Assembly (NCBI GenBank): GCA_977017645.1
Contig: OZ360219.1
Span: 170,562,001 to 170,626,000 of the forward strand
Length of the DNA stretch: 64,000 nt
Source: Torpedo marmorata
Taxonomy: Eukaryota
Direction of reading: 5' to 3'
A model generated the notes under the pieces. It did no database searches. It was given only the letters and a program-made list of their open reading frames with translations, and was not told the DNA's origin. Shown here in pieces: positions 47,010 to 60,446 of this stretch. The position numbers and the translations under genes are program-made. Within the stretch, counting starts at the first letter, position 1. Every line of letters starts with the position of its first letter.

Positions 47010-48320
47010 CTAATGATAATGAGTTTATTGTCATACACAAAAGTACAATGCACATATGCACTGAAATTCTCACTTGCTGCAGCCAAACTGTAAGGTACAC
47101 CAACTATAATACATATTAAGTTACCCCAGTTTAGAAAAAAGATTCTAAACATAAAGTTTAGATAAATAAATAAATATTCAGTTACAGTTAATGCAAGATA
47201 TAAAAAATGTGATGTTTCAAATATGCAGACAGATCTTTTTGTGGACCTATATGGTTAGTGTAGTGTGAAGAGGTACAGGAGCCTGATGGCCATTGTATAA
47301 AAAAACTGAGAAGAGGTTGTGACCAGGGTGATGGGAATGGTTTATGATGTTGGCTGTCTTCTTGACGCAGCACCTCAAATAGATGTCTTCAATGGATGGG
47401 AAGTCGGAGTCCATGATAAATTTGGCTTTGTTTGCTTCTTTTTGTAACCTCTGTGTTCAGAGCCTGTCAAATTCCTGAACCAGGCTGTGATGCAATCAGT
47501 CAGTATATTTTGCTCAATTTGATAGATTATTCGATAACATTACAAATCTCCTCAGACTCCTTAAAAAGTAGAGATGTTTGAGTGCCTCCTTCACATTTGC
47601 CTTGATGTTGTGGTTTCAGGAGACGTCCTCTGATATGTGGACTCCCAAGAACCTGAAGGTACTAACCCTCTCCACTGCCATCCCATCAATGAAGACAGGT
47701 GTGTGGCCTCTCATTATCCCCTTCCTCAAATCCACAATAAGCTCCCCGGTCATTTTGACGTTGAGAGCAATATTGATATTCTGGCACCATCCAACCAGAT
47801 TCTAGATCTCCATCCTGTATCCTGACTTATCATTTCCTGTTATTCAGCCAACAATGGTTGGGTCATCAGGGAGTTTATTGATTGCATTGGAGGTGATCTG
47901 TGCTATGCAATCATGAGTGAAAAGGGAATAGAGCAGGGAACCTAGCATGCAGCCTTGACGTCACCCTGTGTTGATGGTCAGTAAATAAGAGTTGATGGTG
48001 CCAATCTGGATTGATTGGGAACTGCCGATGATGAAATTGTGAATCCAATTACAGAGGGACAAACAGAATCCCAGATCCCATAGTTGGTTATGTTTTACTG
48101 GTATGACGGTGTTAAACATCAAGTTGTAGTCAATGAACAATGTTCTGATGTAGGTGATCTGACGCAGAGTGGAGTGCCAGTGAGATGGCATCTGCTGTTG
48201 ATAGGTGAAGTGTAGTTGGCACAGCTCCTTGCTAAGACAAGAGTGGATTTGTTCCTTAACCAACCTCTGAAAGCACTTCATCAGGTCCCACTAGTCACCT
48301 TGATCTTGCTGGGCAGCGGT
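47010..48320 (-). mobile_element. Degenerate Rex1/Babar LINE
   Basis: MKCFQRLVK...IRTLFIDYNLMFNTVIP. Tail atgacaataaactcattatcatt on the minus strand. Confidence 0.85.
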
Positions 48321-48644
48321 ATAATGGATATTCAATGTTAGTTATGTGTGTAAATAAAAGTGGGTGAGAAGATTTTTGTGAAAGTACAATTCGTTCATCT
48401 GACCCCACATAAAGAAAAGCCCAATTTTTACCTGTTTTGTAGCAACACAGCAATCCTTTTAAGGACTGTTACATTATCTCCAGGTCAAGCAGCTGGAAAT
48501 AAGTAATAGATTTAATGTGAATGGGCCTTTAGGCAATTATAAGATCACTCTCATTTTATGCAACATAGACAGATACAAATTGAAGTGATATTTTTCACTT
48601 CAATTTTGGAAATCTGTGTGTTCATACTCTTATCTTATTCTTAG

Positions 48645-48818
48645 TCGTTGGGTGTATTTGAGGCAGGGATTGATAGGTATCTGAATAGTCAGAGTATCAA
48701 TGGTTATGGGGAGAAGACAGGAGAGTGAGGCTGAGTTGGAGAATGGATCAGCTCATGATGGAATGGCAGAGAAGACTTGATGGGCTGAATGGCCTACGTC
48801 TGCTCCTATATCTTATGA
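48645..48818 (+). mobile_element. CR1 3' end
   Basis: Matches 59535-59712 (ggatcagctcatgat...gggctgaatggcct...tgctcctatatcttatg). Confidence 0.8.
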
Positions 48819-49552
48819 GATGCACATATATTTAAGTTTGAAACTTTGCTATTGTTCAAGAGCCATTTAAAATTATTTGCTTATGTGAACATACTAGTTT
48901 TCATTTAACAATTTGACCAAGTACGCAGAGTTCTCCTGACGTTTATTCACCCAAACCACCAAAAAAAATTGGATCATCGTTTATGTGATCTTGCTATGCA
49001 CATACAGATTTACCTGCAAAACAAGATTGATTGCACTGCCAAGGTAACTATTTGTTTAAAGTTGAGACATCCTGAGGATAAGGCTAAAGCCTGGATTTTT
49101 ATTTGCAATGATTTTGAAAGTTTCAGCATGATAGTGACTGACATTGGGAAATGTGTAATTCAGACCACGTCGAATAGTAACTTACCTTTGGTCAATGCCT
49201 CCAATACCTTTGGCAACATCCTTGACATTCATGTTTCTGCATTGTAGTGCAGAAGTTGGAGAAGACCTGGAGTCTAAATGTTGGTGCATTTGGCAAATTC
49301 TCTGCTGCCAAACTCACCACTGAGTCCAGCAGAGAAATATAAGCATATTGAACTGATGGGCTAGATGCAAAGGGCACCTGAACCCTGACCTTCATACCAG
49401 GATGGTTAGCATATATTGTATTAAACCCGTTTATCATTGACCTTGATTGAGAATTTAAGTCAAGTAAGTGACTTGGTTCTTTTTCTTTACATTGACACTT
49501 TTATTTAACTTCCAGTAATTTAAAGTTTATATTTGCTACTTGCACCTTGTGA

Positions 49553-51071
49553 AATATTTTAAAAAAAGGACCTGGGAATTATGCGGCAGAATACAAACAG
49601 ACAAACGCTTGACATTTTTCTGAAATTCTGTATTTCTGAATTTAAAGCAATGGTGCTAAATATTTTATACAGGTTAAAACTTCTAACAATGTGACAGAGT
49701 GACAGGAATTCCTGACAAATGAGTTGTGTAGAATTCAGTGGTAGAATTTAAAAGCCATAAATTTAGATGTGAAAAATTGCAGGATGGGCTTACGTATTTT
49801 CCAATCTTCCAGTATGGTGCAGATGAATAGCCATCAAGATGAAAGATTAGCTTTGATACTCATTCGACATATGCTGCCAGACTTGCTGAGTATTTCCATA
49901 TTTTCTGTCTTATTTTAAGATTAAACTTTTTAAACATTTCAGCAGTTTGATCACTTTCATATTTTTGATTACTCATGCAGTAAAACAGTTACAGAAAATT
50001 ATAAAAAATGAGCTAAAAAATAAAGCAATGGCAGGATGACGCCTGCTGAATGTTGAATTTAAATGTATTTTTTTTTTTTTTTTAAACTGCAATTTCAGTT
50101 TGATTTATTATACTCCTGAGCTCTTGTCAGTTGCCTCATCCACTGCTACTTGACAGCAAATGTCATCTCAGAGATTGTGAGAAGTAGTATTTTTAAGTTT
50201 ATCATGGGATGGTGATTTGTTAATTATAGTTTCCAAGACTCTGAATGTATGTTAACTGGGATGGTATAGCTGGCAGATATTGGGTGTCAGGGATCATCTA
50301 AGAAATGTCTTGTTTGATAAAGAATGGCATGTTCACTGCAGACAAGTATTTAAATTGTCAGTGAGCAGTGTAAAGTTCTGAAAGGTTTTGTTTCACTCCT
50401 GAAATGCTTGAATGTGACATATTAGAATATGCAAGAGCGATTTAAAAACCTTCATATTTTGAGACAGTTAATTTGGTACCTTTCTTTCTCTTCCTGTTTA
50501 ATAATAATGAAGCAACTGAATTGATTTCTTTTGTAACAGTTCAGGAGAAGGAAGTGAGTATCAGTTTGTGTCAGCTGACAGGATTCAAGCTGAATATTTA
50601 AAATCCATTTGCAAGGTAAAGGTTTCATATAATTAGCATATTTAATAAAAAATTTAAAAAAAAATCCCAAATATGTAATTGTTAATCATTCTGCTTTCAA
50701 TTACTAGAATGTTGCAAAACTGAAGTATATCTTAACCGTCACAATAAAATATGACTAATCTTTTTATGCGTCAGTAAAGCTGCCAATTTGTATGGAGCCA
50801 AAAATTTACTTGCACTTTATACAGTCCATTGGGAGTGTTGGAATATTAAAAAAAAGACCTGGGAATTATGTGGCAGAATACAAACAGACGAACGCTTGAT
50901 GTTTTTCTGAAATTCTGTATTTCTGTAATTAAAGCAGTGGTGCGCAGTGGTGCTAAATATTTTAAACAGGTTAAAATTTCTAACAACGTGGCAGAGTGAC
51001 AGGAATTCTTGACAAGTGAGTTGTGTATAATTCAGTGGTAGAATTTAAAGGCCAAAAATTTAGAATGTGAA
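49553..51071 (+). repeat. Direct repeat pair, about 220 bp (49553-49773 and 50842-51071)
   Basis: gacctgggaattatg.ggcagaatacaaacagac...aattcagtggtagaatttaaa.gcca.aaatttaga in both copies. The second copy has an extra gcagtggtgc. Confidence 0.92.
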
Positions 51072-53814
51072 TTTCCTCCCCCTAACCAGTAGGAATAGCA
51101 AAAATAGTTTATTTTATTGTAGGAGATGAACCCTTTTGCCAAAAAAATAAATGTTTATGTATTTTCCTTGAATACTTGCAAAATATATGATTACAAGAGT
51201 AAAAATAGTTTACTTGAAATTTGTAACACTTGGCTTAAAGCAACAGTCTATGAGGATGGCTTGCTTAAAATCATCTGCAGTTGTGCAGAATTATGTAATT
51301 GGAACTCTCAAGGTAGCAATCAACCCTCATTAAGTATCTTAACTGCATCATTTTGATCAAAATAACTGGCCATACCCAAGAAAAGACATCGAGCGTAGGG
51401 TAGTATTACCCTTTTCCACGGTTCATTAGCATGTATTCTAAAATGAGATTAACACTGTGCGAGATGGGCTGCTGAAAATTCAAAATCCATCCATCATACC
51501 ACAGGCTGCATTCTAACTGAAGTGATAATGTAAGTAGAAACATCATTTCATAATTTTTATTGAAAATAACTATATGAAATATGTGCCAGAAGTAGTCCTA
51601 AAGGTTTCTCATTTAAATTTTACTATATTTTCAATGATGTGCATGTTTTTGACATTTAAGGATTGTAACAGAAAAGGTTTATGATACCTGTAGCAGAATT
51701 CTGTCAGATTTGGAAAAGCTTATGGTGTCAAATAATGTAAGAATTCCATGTGTTTTATCAAAAACACAGCATTTATGAATATAATTAACTTCACAGAATC
51801 ATTTCTTGGTATGTACAGTGACTTCAGTTGTACAATATTTTGCAGGAGTTAGCAGAACTGAAGTTGGTACATATAATTACAATGAATAGTTTACATGTTC
51901 AGAATGATAAATTCTTGATGATAGCCATGGTCATGCTTTATTGCATTTCTGAAACCAAGCTGTGTTGGCACAGAATGTGGCCAATTACATTCAATTTGCC
52001 TTAAAATAATATTACTGTGTTCAGCACAACAATGGTTTCTCTTAATTTAATGAAAATGAACAGCCAGTTGATTTTTCTGCCTTGGGCAATTGGAGCATAT
52101 CTTGGCCAGAGGCTGACTGCTAACAAAACTTGATGGCAGAGAAAAGTAAGTTTATTCTTTCTGTGAGTTTTGCTTTGTGGTCTTTGCATGTTACTGATAA
52201 GCAGATTGGAATCTTGGCTGTTGGACTAAAACACCTGTACGTTAATGCTTGCTACAGATTTTAACAAAATCAATTGATCTCTTGAATCAATTGTTGCTGG
52301 TACAATGGAATAGATTTCCCATGGGTGTCTTCAACTCTACCCTGTTGCACATCATCTGAAGCTGTGATGGTGAAGGAGGAGAAAGTCCAAATAATTGTAC
52401 CCATTGATTTTATTCAAAGGCTTATAATGCTGATGGCCTCTTATTTTTAACAGAAAAAAATGGATAAAAATGGATAGAAATTAAGCTACAATTACTTGCT
52501 TTTGAGGTCTTCAATAAATTATTGTCAACCAGTTGAGGTCCATCAGTTTTGCAACATCATAGATAACAGTCTTACAACTTGCATGTTAGAATGAAAGGCA
52601 ACTTGAGTAATAGGCAGTTCTTCTCACCACACAGTCAAATTTGAATGATATTTAGCGCAGGTTGTTACAACCCTTGGTCATGAAATCATGTGATTAGATG
52701 TTGGCTGCTGCTGACAAATGAGTGTAATTCAGCAATCCTGATGATAGGAATGACCCACACTTCATGAGGTAACTCAATGTCAAATGCTGTAGCACAATTT
52801 TAACTTTTTACTGATTGTTGATTTACATTGTTGACACTTGACAATCAATGATTCTAAGTTTAAATGTAGTGATTTGAAGTATTACAAGAAAATTAATCAT
52901 TGTAAGTAGCATGGCTAAGCTTGGTGCATTGTGCTCTGCTTGTAAAATGGTTTTCCATTGAAGTCAATGGAATGAATTTTGGAGGCAAAGTAGATCATGC
53001 TGATATGATAATGTAGCACATTTCACAACACTGAAGGGATGAATTTCAAGGCAACCATCTTCGTTTTAATCAGAATATACATTGCACTATGTTCCATTTT
53101 GAACTAACCCATTCACTCCATCACTGGGAAATTTTTCCTGATTACAAGCACTGCAGCATGTTTCTGTGTACAATCAGCTGGGGTCTCCCAGAGTCAGAAT
53201 TGAGTGGTGAGACAGTGAAATGTCTATCCATGGCCTCATGCACTTCTTCATCTCTACCACCTGCATCCACCTATGACCCCTTACTCTTTGCAATAGGTTC
53301 TCAGTCCTTTTAATGTATTTAAAAATATGATTAATGGCAGCCCTAAGCACCAATCAAAGTATTTATGTACTGATAACTCCACCATGGCTCTAATTATAAG
53401 ATTGTCCACTCAAGCTTGGGGCCACTTATACTCCATGTGTCCAGGGGGAGAGTTTGCTATTTGGAGAAATGTATGCTGTTACCTTCCATGGGTCAACAGA
53501 TACTCTATGATTTTCCAAATAATAATTTTAACAGTGATTGACTTTATTAGTACCAAGAGACTCTATAGATGATAACCAGAGGGGAAAGAATGGCAGCTAA
53601 GTCATCTGAAAGTACATGGGTGGTATTATGGGCAGTGAAGAAGGCTATCCGAGATTACAATATGATCTAGATGTACTGGGAAAATGGGCCAAGGAATGGC
53701 AGGTGAAATTTAACTCAGACAAGTGCAAGGTTCTGCTTGCTCTTTGGTAAGTTAATCAAGGACAGGACTTCATTGGTAATTTTTAATTTTTTTAAAAAAG
53801 TTAAATTATTATTT

Positions 53815-54079
53815 TTTAAATTATTTTTTTTATTTAAACATACAGCATGGTAACAGGCCATTTCGGTCCACGAGCCCGTGCCGCCCAATTACACCCGATT
53901 GACCTACACCCCTGGTATGTTTTTGAACGGTGGGAGGAAACCGGAGCCCCCGGGGAAAACCCATGCAGACACAGGGAGAACGTAGAAACTCCTTACAGAC
54001 AGCGCGGGATTCGAACCCCAGTCCTGATCGCTGGCGCTGTAAAGGTGTTGCGCTAACCGCTACGCTAACCATGCCGCCC
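53815..54079 (-). mobile_element. tRNA-derived V-SINE (HE1-like)
   Basis: Reverse-complement homolog of 39004-39266. Confidence 0.9.
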
Positions 54080-54244
54080 TGGAGTGGTTCTGGAGTGTGT
54101 TGTGAAATAGAAAGACTGAGGGGTACAGGTACATGAAGGTAGGCAGGGTGGTGAAGAGGACGTTTGACACACTTGCCTTCATCAGTCAGGGCATTGTGTA
54201 GAGGAGCTGGAACATCATGTTACAACTCAACAATACATTGGTGA

Positions 54245-54392
54245 GACCACATTTGGAGGACTGTGTGCAGTTCTAGTCACCCAGCGATGTAACTGGAAAG
54301 GGTATAGATTCAGGAGCAGACCACATTTGGAGGACTGTGTGCAGTTCCAGTCACCCAGCTATGTAACTGGAAAGGGTATAGATTCAGGAGCA
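54245..54392 (+). repeat. 74-bp tandem duplication inside CR1
   Basis: gaccacatttggaggactg...gattcaggagca occurs twice with 2 mismatches. Confidence 0.9.
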
Positions 54393-55779
54393 TGTTACTG
54401 GGACTGGTCGGCTTGAGTTATAAAGAGAGACTGGAGTTTTCTCCCTAGAGCATAGGGGGTGGAGGGAAATCTTATAAAATGATTAGTTTCATCGGTGAGG
54501 TAAATAATCATAATCTTTGTCCCAGGGTATGGAGTCTAAAATTTGAGGGCATAAATTTAAGGTGAGGGAGGTAAGATTTAAAAGTGATCTGAAAGTGGAA
54601 GTGGAAGAGGCAGGTACAATAGCAATGCTTTCAAGGCATTTATACAGGAATATGGGGATTGGAAAGGTTTAGAATATAGAACATAGAACTTTACAGCACA
54701 GTACAGGCCTTCGCCCCCCCCTCCCCACCCCCTCCCACTTTTGCTTCCCTCACGTGATGTAATGGCTTTCGCTGGAAGTAAGTTGGTCGATTACTTTCTC
54801 CCAGATAATTGCTTCCCTACACTGACCAAGATAAATTTTGTGGTGGTGTACTGGTTAAATCATGTCACTCCCACCTCATTGTCATCCCACCACCACACGA
54901 GGCCTGAACACAATCCCACCCTCACTGCCTCTGCTGTTTCTGACTTTTGCATATCAATTCCAAAGGGGGCCATACAGTGAATTATAAATGACCATTGCAG
55001 CATATGTTAAAAAGAACTCGTTCTATGTTTTAATGTCAGTTCTTCATTTTGTTTTGTGCAACTTTTAACTGCCTATTTCACCCACAAACTGATATGCAGT
55101 TAGTTTACAAACTGGAGAGAAGTTAACGTTGAATACTACAAGTAAAATGTTCCTGCCCATGTGCTTCTGGCAAGACTCTTCACTTACTTCATCACACAGT
55201 AGTTTGAATAAATAATTTATCAACCATCAATTTAAGTTTTAGGAAAATTGCTAAATTTTTGACTCTAAAACAGATGGGTGGGTATCCTGTATGTTATAGT
55301 TTTAAAAATCTTGTAACTACCCCGATCTGTCTCCAGTTCATCTATTTCTCTGTTTTATGGAGGACAGACAGGGAATGACAAATATGGTATTCCTGGGCCA
55401 ATTAAATACTAAAATATAAATGGATAAACTCAGATTTAATTTGCTTTATTTCCTCTGGCCTCCCATTACATCAGACCACTCATCCCAGACACCTGGTTTT
55501 ATATTTAGGGGATTGGATCTATCCGTGCTTGGTCTTCACAGAATTGGATCCCTTTCACTCTATTCCCAAGGTTGGGGATTAGACCTCACTGTACCCTTGT
55601 CTGTGGTTGCACATCCAATAATAGGTGTGCTTTACAGCATGGAATTGTCCATAACAACCACAACTGAAAGCTTGTCTGAGCAAATCTCCACAGCACATGT
55701 TTTCTCCTAAATTTCTGTATTTTCCCAAAGAAGCTCCACATCATTATTTGCAGGAATCCCTGCTCATCCCTGTAAATTG

Positions 55780-57134
55780 TACTGGTGCCCAAGAAGAGTG
55801 TGGTAACCTGCTGAAATGAAAAAAAAAACAGTGCCACTCACATCAACAGTGATGAAGTGTTTCGAAAGGCTGGTGTGGAAGCCTATCAGCTCCTGTCTGA
55901 GCGGCGACATGGATCCGTTCCAATTCGTCTACTGTAGCAACAGGTCTACAGTGGATGCCATCTCACTGGCACTACGCAAAGCCCTTGAACACCTGGACAG
56001 CAAAGATGCATAACATCAGGATGCTCTTTATTGACAACAGTTTGGTATTCAATACCATCATCCCCTCAAAATTGATCAGCAAACTCCAAGACCTGGGACT
56101 CAACACCCCAGTGTGTAATTGGATCCTGGATTTCCTCACCTCCAGACCACAATCAGTGAGGATTGGTAAGAACATCTCCTCCACAATCTCCATCAGTACC
56201 GGAGCACCACAGGGCTGCATTCTTAGTGCCCTGCTGCACTCATTTTACACCTATGACTGTGTGACTCGGAACGACAACAACACCATCTAGAAATTCGCTG
56301 ATGATACCACGGTAGTGGGTTGTATAAAAAGGGGCGATGAGTCAGCATACGGGTGGGAGATTGAAAATTTGGCTGGATGGTGCACCAACAACAATCTCAC
56401 ATCTATTGTCACCAAAACCAAGGAGCTGATTGTGGACTTTAGGAAGGGAAACCAGAGGTGTAAAATCCAGTGATCATTGGGGGATCAGAGGTGGATAGGG
56501 TGAGCAAATTTAAATTTTTGGGAGTCACTACAATCTTTCCTGGAGCCAACACACTAATGGCATCATGAAGAAAGCATGATGTTTGCAGAGGTTTGGTATG
56601 ACATCAGAAACCCTGTCAAATTTCTACAGATGTGTGGTCGGAAGTGTGCTGACTGGCTGCATCAAGGTCTGGTATAGGGACACCATTACTACTGAGCATA
56701 AAGCCCTGCAAAATGTAGTGGACACAGCCCAGGACATCAGACAAAACCCTCTACCACCATCAAGAATATCTGCAGGGAATCAGCAATCATCAAGGATCCA
56801 CATCACCCAGCACACACTCTGTTCTTGCTGCTACCATCAGGAAAAAGGTATAGGTGCCACAAAACGTGCAGTACCAGGTTCAGGAACAGCTGCTACCCCT
56901 CCACCACCAGACTCTTCAACAATAAACTCAATCACGGACTCATTTAAAGATTCTTACTTTTGCACTTAATTGATGTTTTTCTCTCTGTATTGCAGTCAGT
57001 TTGTTTACATTTCTTTATTTGTTTACATGAGTACATTGTGCACAGTTTTTTTTGCACTACCAATAAGTGGTAATTCTGCTTCATCTCAGGGTTGTATGTG
57101 ACATCATGTATGTACTGTAACAATAAATCTGAAA
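55780..57134 (+). mobile_element. Rex1/Babar LINE (family A), degenerate
   Basis: Collinear with 24030-25408. Complete tail ...caataaatctgaaa. Confidence 0.92.
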
Positions 57135-57139
57135 TTATC

Positions 57140-57555
57140 CATCAGAATCAGAATCAGAATTTATGGTGAACAAGTCACAAAATTCATTGTTTTGCAGCAT
57201 CATTGCAGTGCAAACATTTATATAAACCAATAAAATATAAAATATAAAATAAATAAAAAATAGTGCACAAAAAGTCAAAGTAAGGCAGTGTCTTTGGTTC
57301 ATTGATCATTCAGGAATCTTATAGCAGCGGAGAAGAAGCTGTCCTTGTGCTGCTGAGTGCTCGCTTTTAGGCTCCTGTACCTTTTTCCTGATGCTAGCAG
57401 AGTGAAGAGGGCATGGGCTGGGTGATGGGGGTCCTTGAGAATAGAGGCTGCTTTCTTAAGACACCGCCTCTTGTAGATGTCCTCGATGGAGTGAAGTCTG
57501 GTGCCTGTGATGTCGCAAGCCGAGTTAACAACCCTCTGGAGTATTTTCTTGTCCT
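57140..57555 (-). mobile_element. Rex1/Babar LINE 3' fragment
   Basis: LQRVVNSACDITG...LKDPHHPAHALFTLLASGKRYRS...AIRFLN with a (ttctga)n tail. Confidence 0.88.
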
Positions 57556-58159
57556 CACTGGATACCAGCAAGCATCCTCACAATTCTGAGATGATTGAGC
57601 AAGCAGGAGGAATGGTGATGAGGTAGACCTGGTGCCAACAATGTATGGTTTAAATTGAAAGTCAATTAAATGCCTTGGAGCATGTGATCAGTCAATTAGA
57701 TGCAAATACTGGTAAATAAATGAACTGAATTTGAGGGAAACAAATGGTGTGGGCCTTGACTACAGAGGCAGCACAGGCCTTGCCCAGGACATCATATCAT
57801 CTGCTGAGCTTATAGTGCTGATGATACTGTGGGATATTTTGAAGCAGATTTGTCAGTGACAGGTTTGAAAAATGGGCCACAACATTTATTGAGAACCTTT
57901 TCAAGTTGTGGGCAATGAGTATCGATAGAAAATTTGCAGCGTGAAAACTATGAAATATTATTTTATTTTGAATCTGACATTTTTTGTCAAAGTTTCCTCC
58001 TTCATCTTTTGTTTTAAAGTAGCTTGTGGAAATCAAATGCCGTATGCAGAGTTAAAAATAGATTTATAGCAGTTGTAAAGGTTGTGAAACATATTATCCA
58101 TATTCTCCTGGTTGGAGTCTGCTGTCCAGGTTTTCTGTGTGAAGTGGCATCATCTGCTA

Positions 58160-59170
58160 TGGTGAAAGAAAGGAACACTGTATATTTTAAATAGTAAGAG
58201 ATCGAAAGGTGTTGGTGTTAAAAGGGATCTTTGTATCCATGTCAATGAATAAACATGCACGTATTACATTGAATATGTGATGCCAAACAGTGTGACAACC
58301 ATGAATGTAAGCGGTTTGGAATATTTGAGTCAAAATATCTTCTTCCAATTAAATAGAGCACTGGTGAAACCAGATCTGGAATACAGGTATACCCCTCTTT
58401 ATGAAACTAGAGCGTTCCTAGGAAACCTTTCGTAAGCCGAAATGGTGTAAAGCGAAGACCCATTCATTACTATTAGAGGCTATTTTCGTAAAAGCGAAAA
58501 CCCATTCAAAACCCATTCAAATCCTTTCGTAAAAGCAAACACGGCTTTCTTTGTAAAAACAAATTTTCAAAATTTGAGTATTCGTAAAGTGGGGTATACC
58601 TGTATTGTGATCTATGGAGGGCCTTTGTCCTCTGGGAGAGTTCAAGCAAACTGAGCCCACAAGCCTTTTCAAAGGCTTGTAGTGATTTCATTGAAAAATA
58701 TAAAATTCTTAAAGGGTTTGACATGATGCATGGGGAATTTCTCCAGCATTGTGTTTTTACTTCATGCATGGGGATTTTTTTGTTTCTACTGGCTGGTATT
58801 TTAGACCAGAAAGTCTCAAAATAAAGATTTGGTCATTCTGGACAGAGGTGAGAACAAATTTCTTTGCCAAGAGGGTGGTCATTTTTTTAAAATTCTCTGC
58901 ATAATATAACTATAAAAGCACAGGCTCAGGTATATTTAAAACCAAGATAAGGGAAGTCAATGGACATGGTTCAAAAAACCTTCCGACGTTGGTAATCTGA
59001 AACAGAAAATATAAGAAATACTAACATTCAGCAGGGCAGACAGAGAAGCAGAGTTAATGTTTCAGGTTAATGGCTGTTCTTGTATGGATATGGTATTATC
59101 AGAGGGAAGTGGTACTAAAGTAAAATAAATATCAGCCATGATCTTACTGAACAACAGAGCAGGTACAAGG
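58160..59170 (+). mobile_element. Old CR1 fragment hosting a MITE and a younger CR1
   Basis: RALVKPDLE|YC coding remnant is split at TA by the MITE. CR1 3' end. Confidence 0.6.
58384..58602. mobile_element. Tigger-like MITE
   Basis: TIRs caggtatacccctctttatgaa / ttcgtaaagtggggtatacctg, flanked by TA. Confidence 0.92.
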
Positions 59171-59174
59171 GTAC

Positions 59175-59717
59175 CTTGTATTGTGAGCAGTTTTGGGCTC
59201 CTCATTTAAGAAAGGATGTGGGTTCAGAGGAGGTTCACAAGGTTGATTCCAGGAATGAAAGGGTTATCATATGAGGAGCGTTTGAGAGCTCTTGGCTTCT
59301 ACTCATTGGAATTTAAGAGAATGAGAGGGGGATCTCATTGAAAATTTTCATTTGTTGAAAGGCATGGACAGAGTAGATGTAGAAAGGCTGTTTCCCATGG
59401 TGGGAGAGTCTAAGACAAGAGGGCACAACTTCAGGATTGAAGGGTGTCAACTTAGAACAGATGCGAGGAATATCTTTAACCAGAGGTGGTAAATCTGTGG
59501 AGTTTGTTGCCATAGGCGGTTGTGGAGGCCAAGTCATTGGGTGTATTTGAGGCAGAGATTTGATAGTTTCTTGATTAGCCAGGGCATTAAAGGTTATGGG
59601 GAGAAGGCCGAGTAGTGGGGCTGAGTGGGGAAAATGGATCAGCTCATGATTAAGTGGCAGGGCATACTCGATGGGCTGAATAGCCTATTGCTGCTCCTAT
59701 GTCTTATGATGTTATGG
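59175..59717 (+). mobile_element. CR1 LINE 3' fragment
   Basis: YCEQFWAPHLRKDV...RRFTRLIPGMKGLSYEERL...RMRGDLIE, with a CR1 tail. Confidence 0.88.
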
Positions 59718-60446
59718 GGCTGATTTGGACTACTGCTTCTATTGCATACATTGTTGGTCCTAGCCTTTAAATTTTCCAGATCCGAAACGCCAATCTTCTG
59801 CCAAGGAAGAATGGTGAATTTATGAGTGACAGCAGTGCCCTGAAGAGACAACTATAGGAGATAGACAGACAAGAACACGGTCCATCCACAGACCTCTTCT
59901 AATAACTCTGACAGATGGCAAAATGCCAAACTCAACTTTGCCAGCATCACAGATATCTGAGTTTTTCCATATTTCTGAATATCCTCCATTATTAAGCATT
60001 AAACCAAACACATTTTGAACAAGAAAATGTAACTTACATGTATATCTGTGGCAGCTTTACAGTCCTCATTCATATGAATGGCTCAGAGATCTTGCACCAG
60101 ATTTAGCCTGCCGCAACACCCAGGAGCAGGTTTTACAGTGTAGTTTCTATATGAATCTCGTGCAGAGTCCAGCAGAGGAGTGCAGCCAAGAGATGACCAC
60201 CAGAACTTGTCCAGTAAGTTTGGGACTTCTGCATTCACTTAGCAGTCCAGAAACTTGCTGGCTATGTTGCTGAAAATGCTGAATTGCTGGCAGGCCCTCA
60301 CAAAATCTGGGCCAATACTTTTCTCATGCTTTTGTTAAGGCAAAATGAATGAAGCTAAGGCAGAACTTCATCTCATCAGTAACACACTTGTCTTTAATTT
60401 CTGGTCCTTAAAGAAACACTGGGTTGTGCAGTGTGATAATTTGCAT

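Larger units (their letters stand above)
53600..54680 (+). mobile_element. CR1 LINE 3' part, interrupted by a SINE
   Basis: KWAKEWQVKFNSDKCKV and LVRPHLEDCVQF. Confidence 0.8.

Noticed and set aside
49553-51071. LTR pair or TRIM
   Set aside because: No TG..CA termini, PBS, PPT or TSD.
60080-60313. Possible ancient MITE (ggctcagagatcttg...caaaatctgggcc); also the palindrome ttccattgaagtcaatggaa at about 52952
   Set aside because: The inverted ends are too short or degenerate to support a call without a database search.
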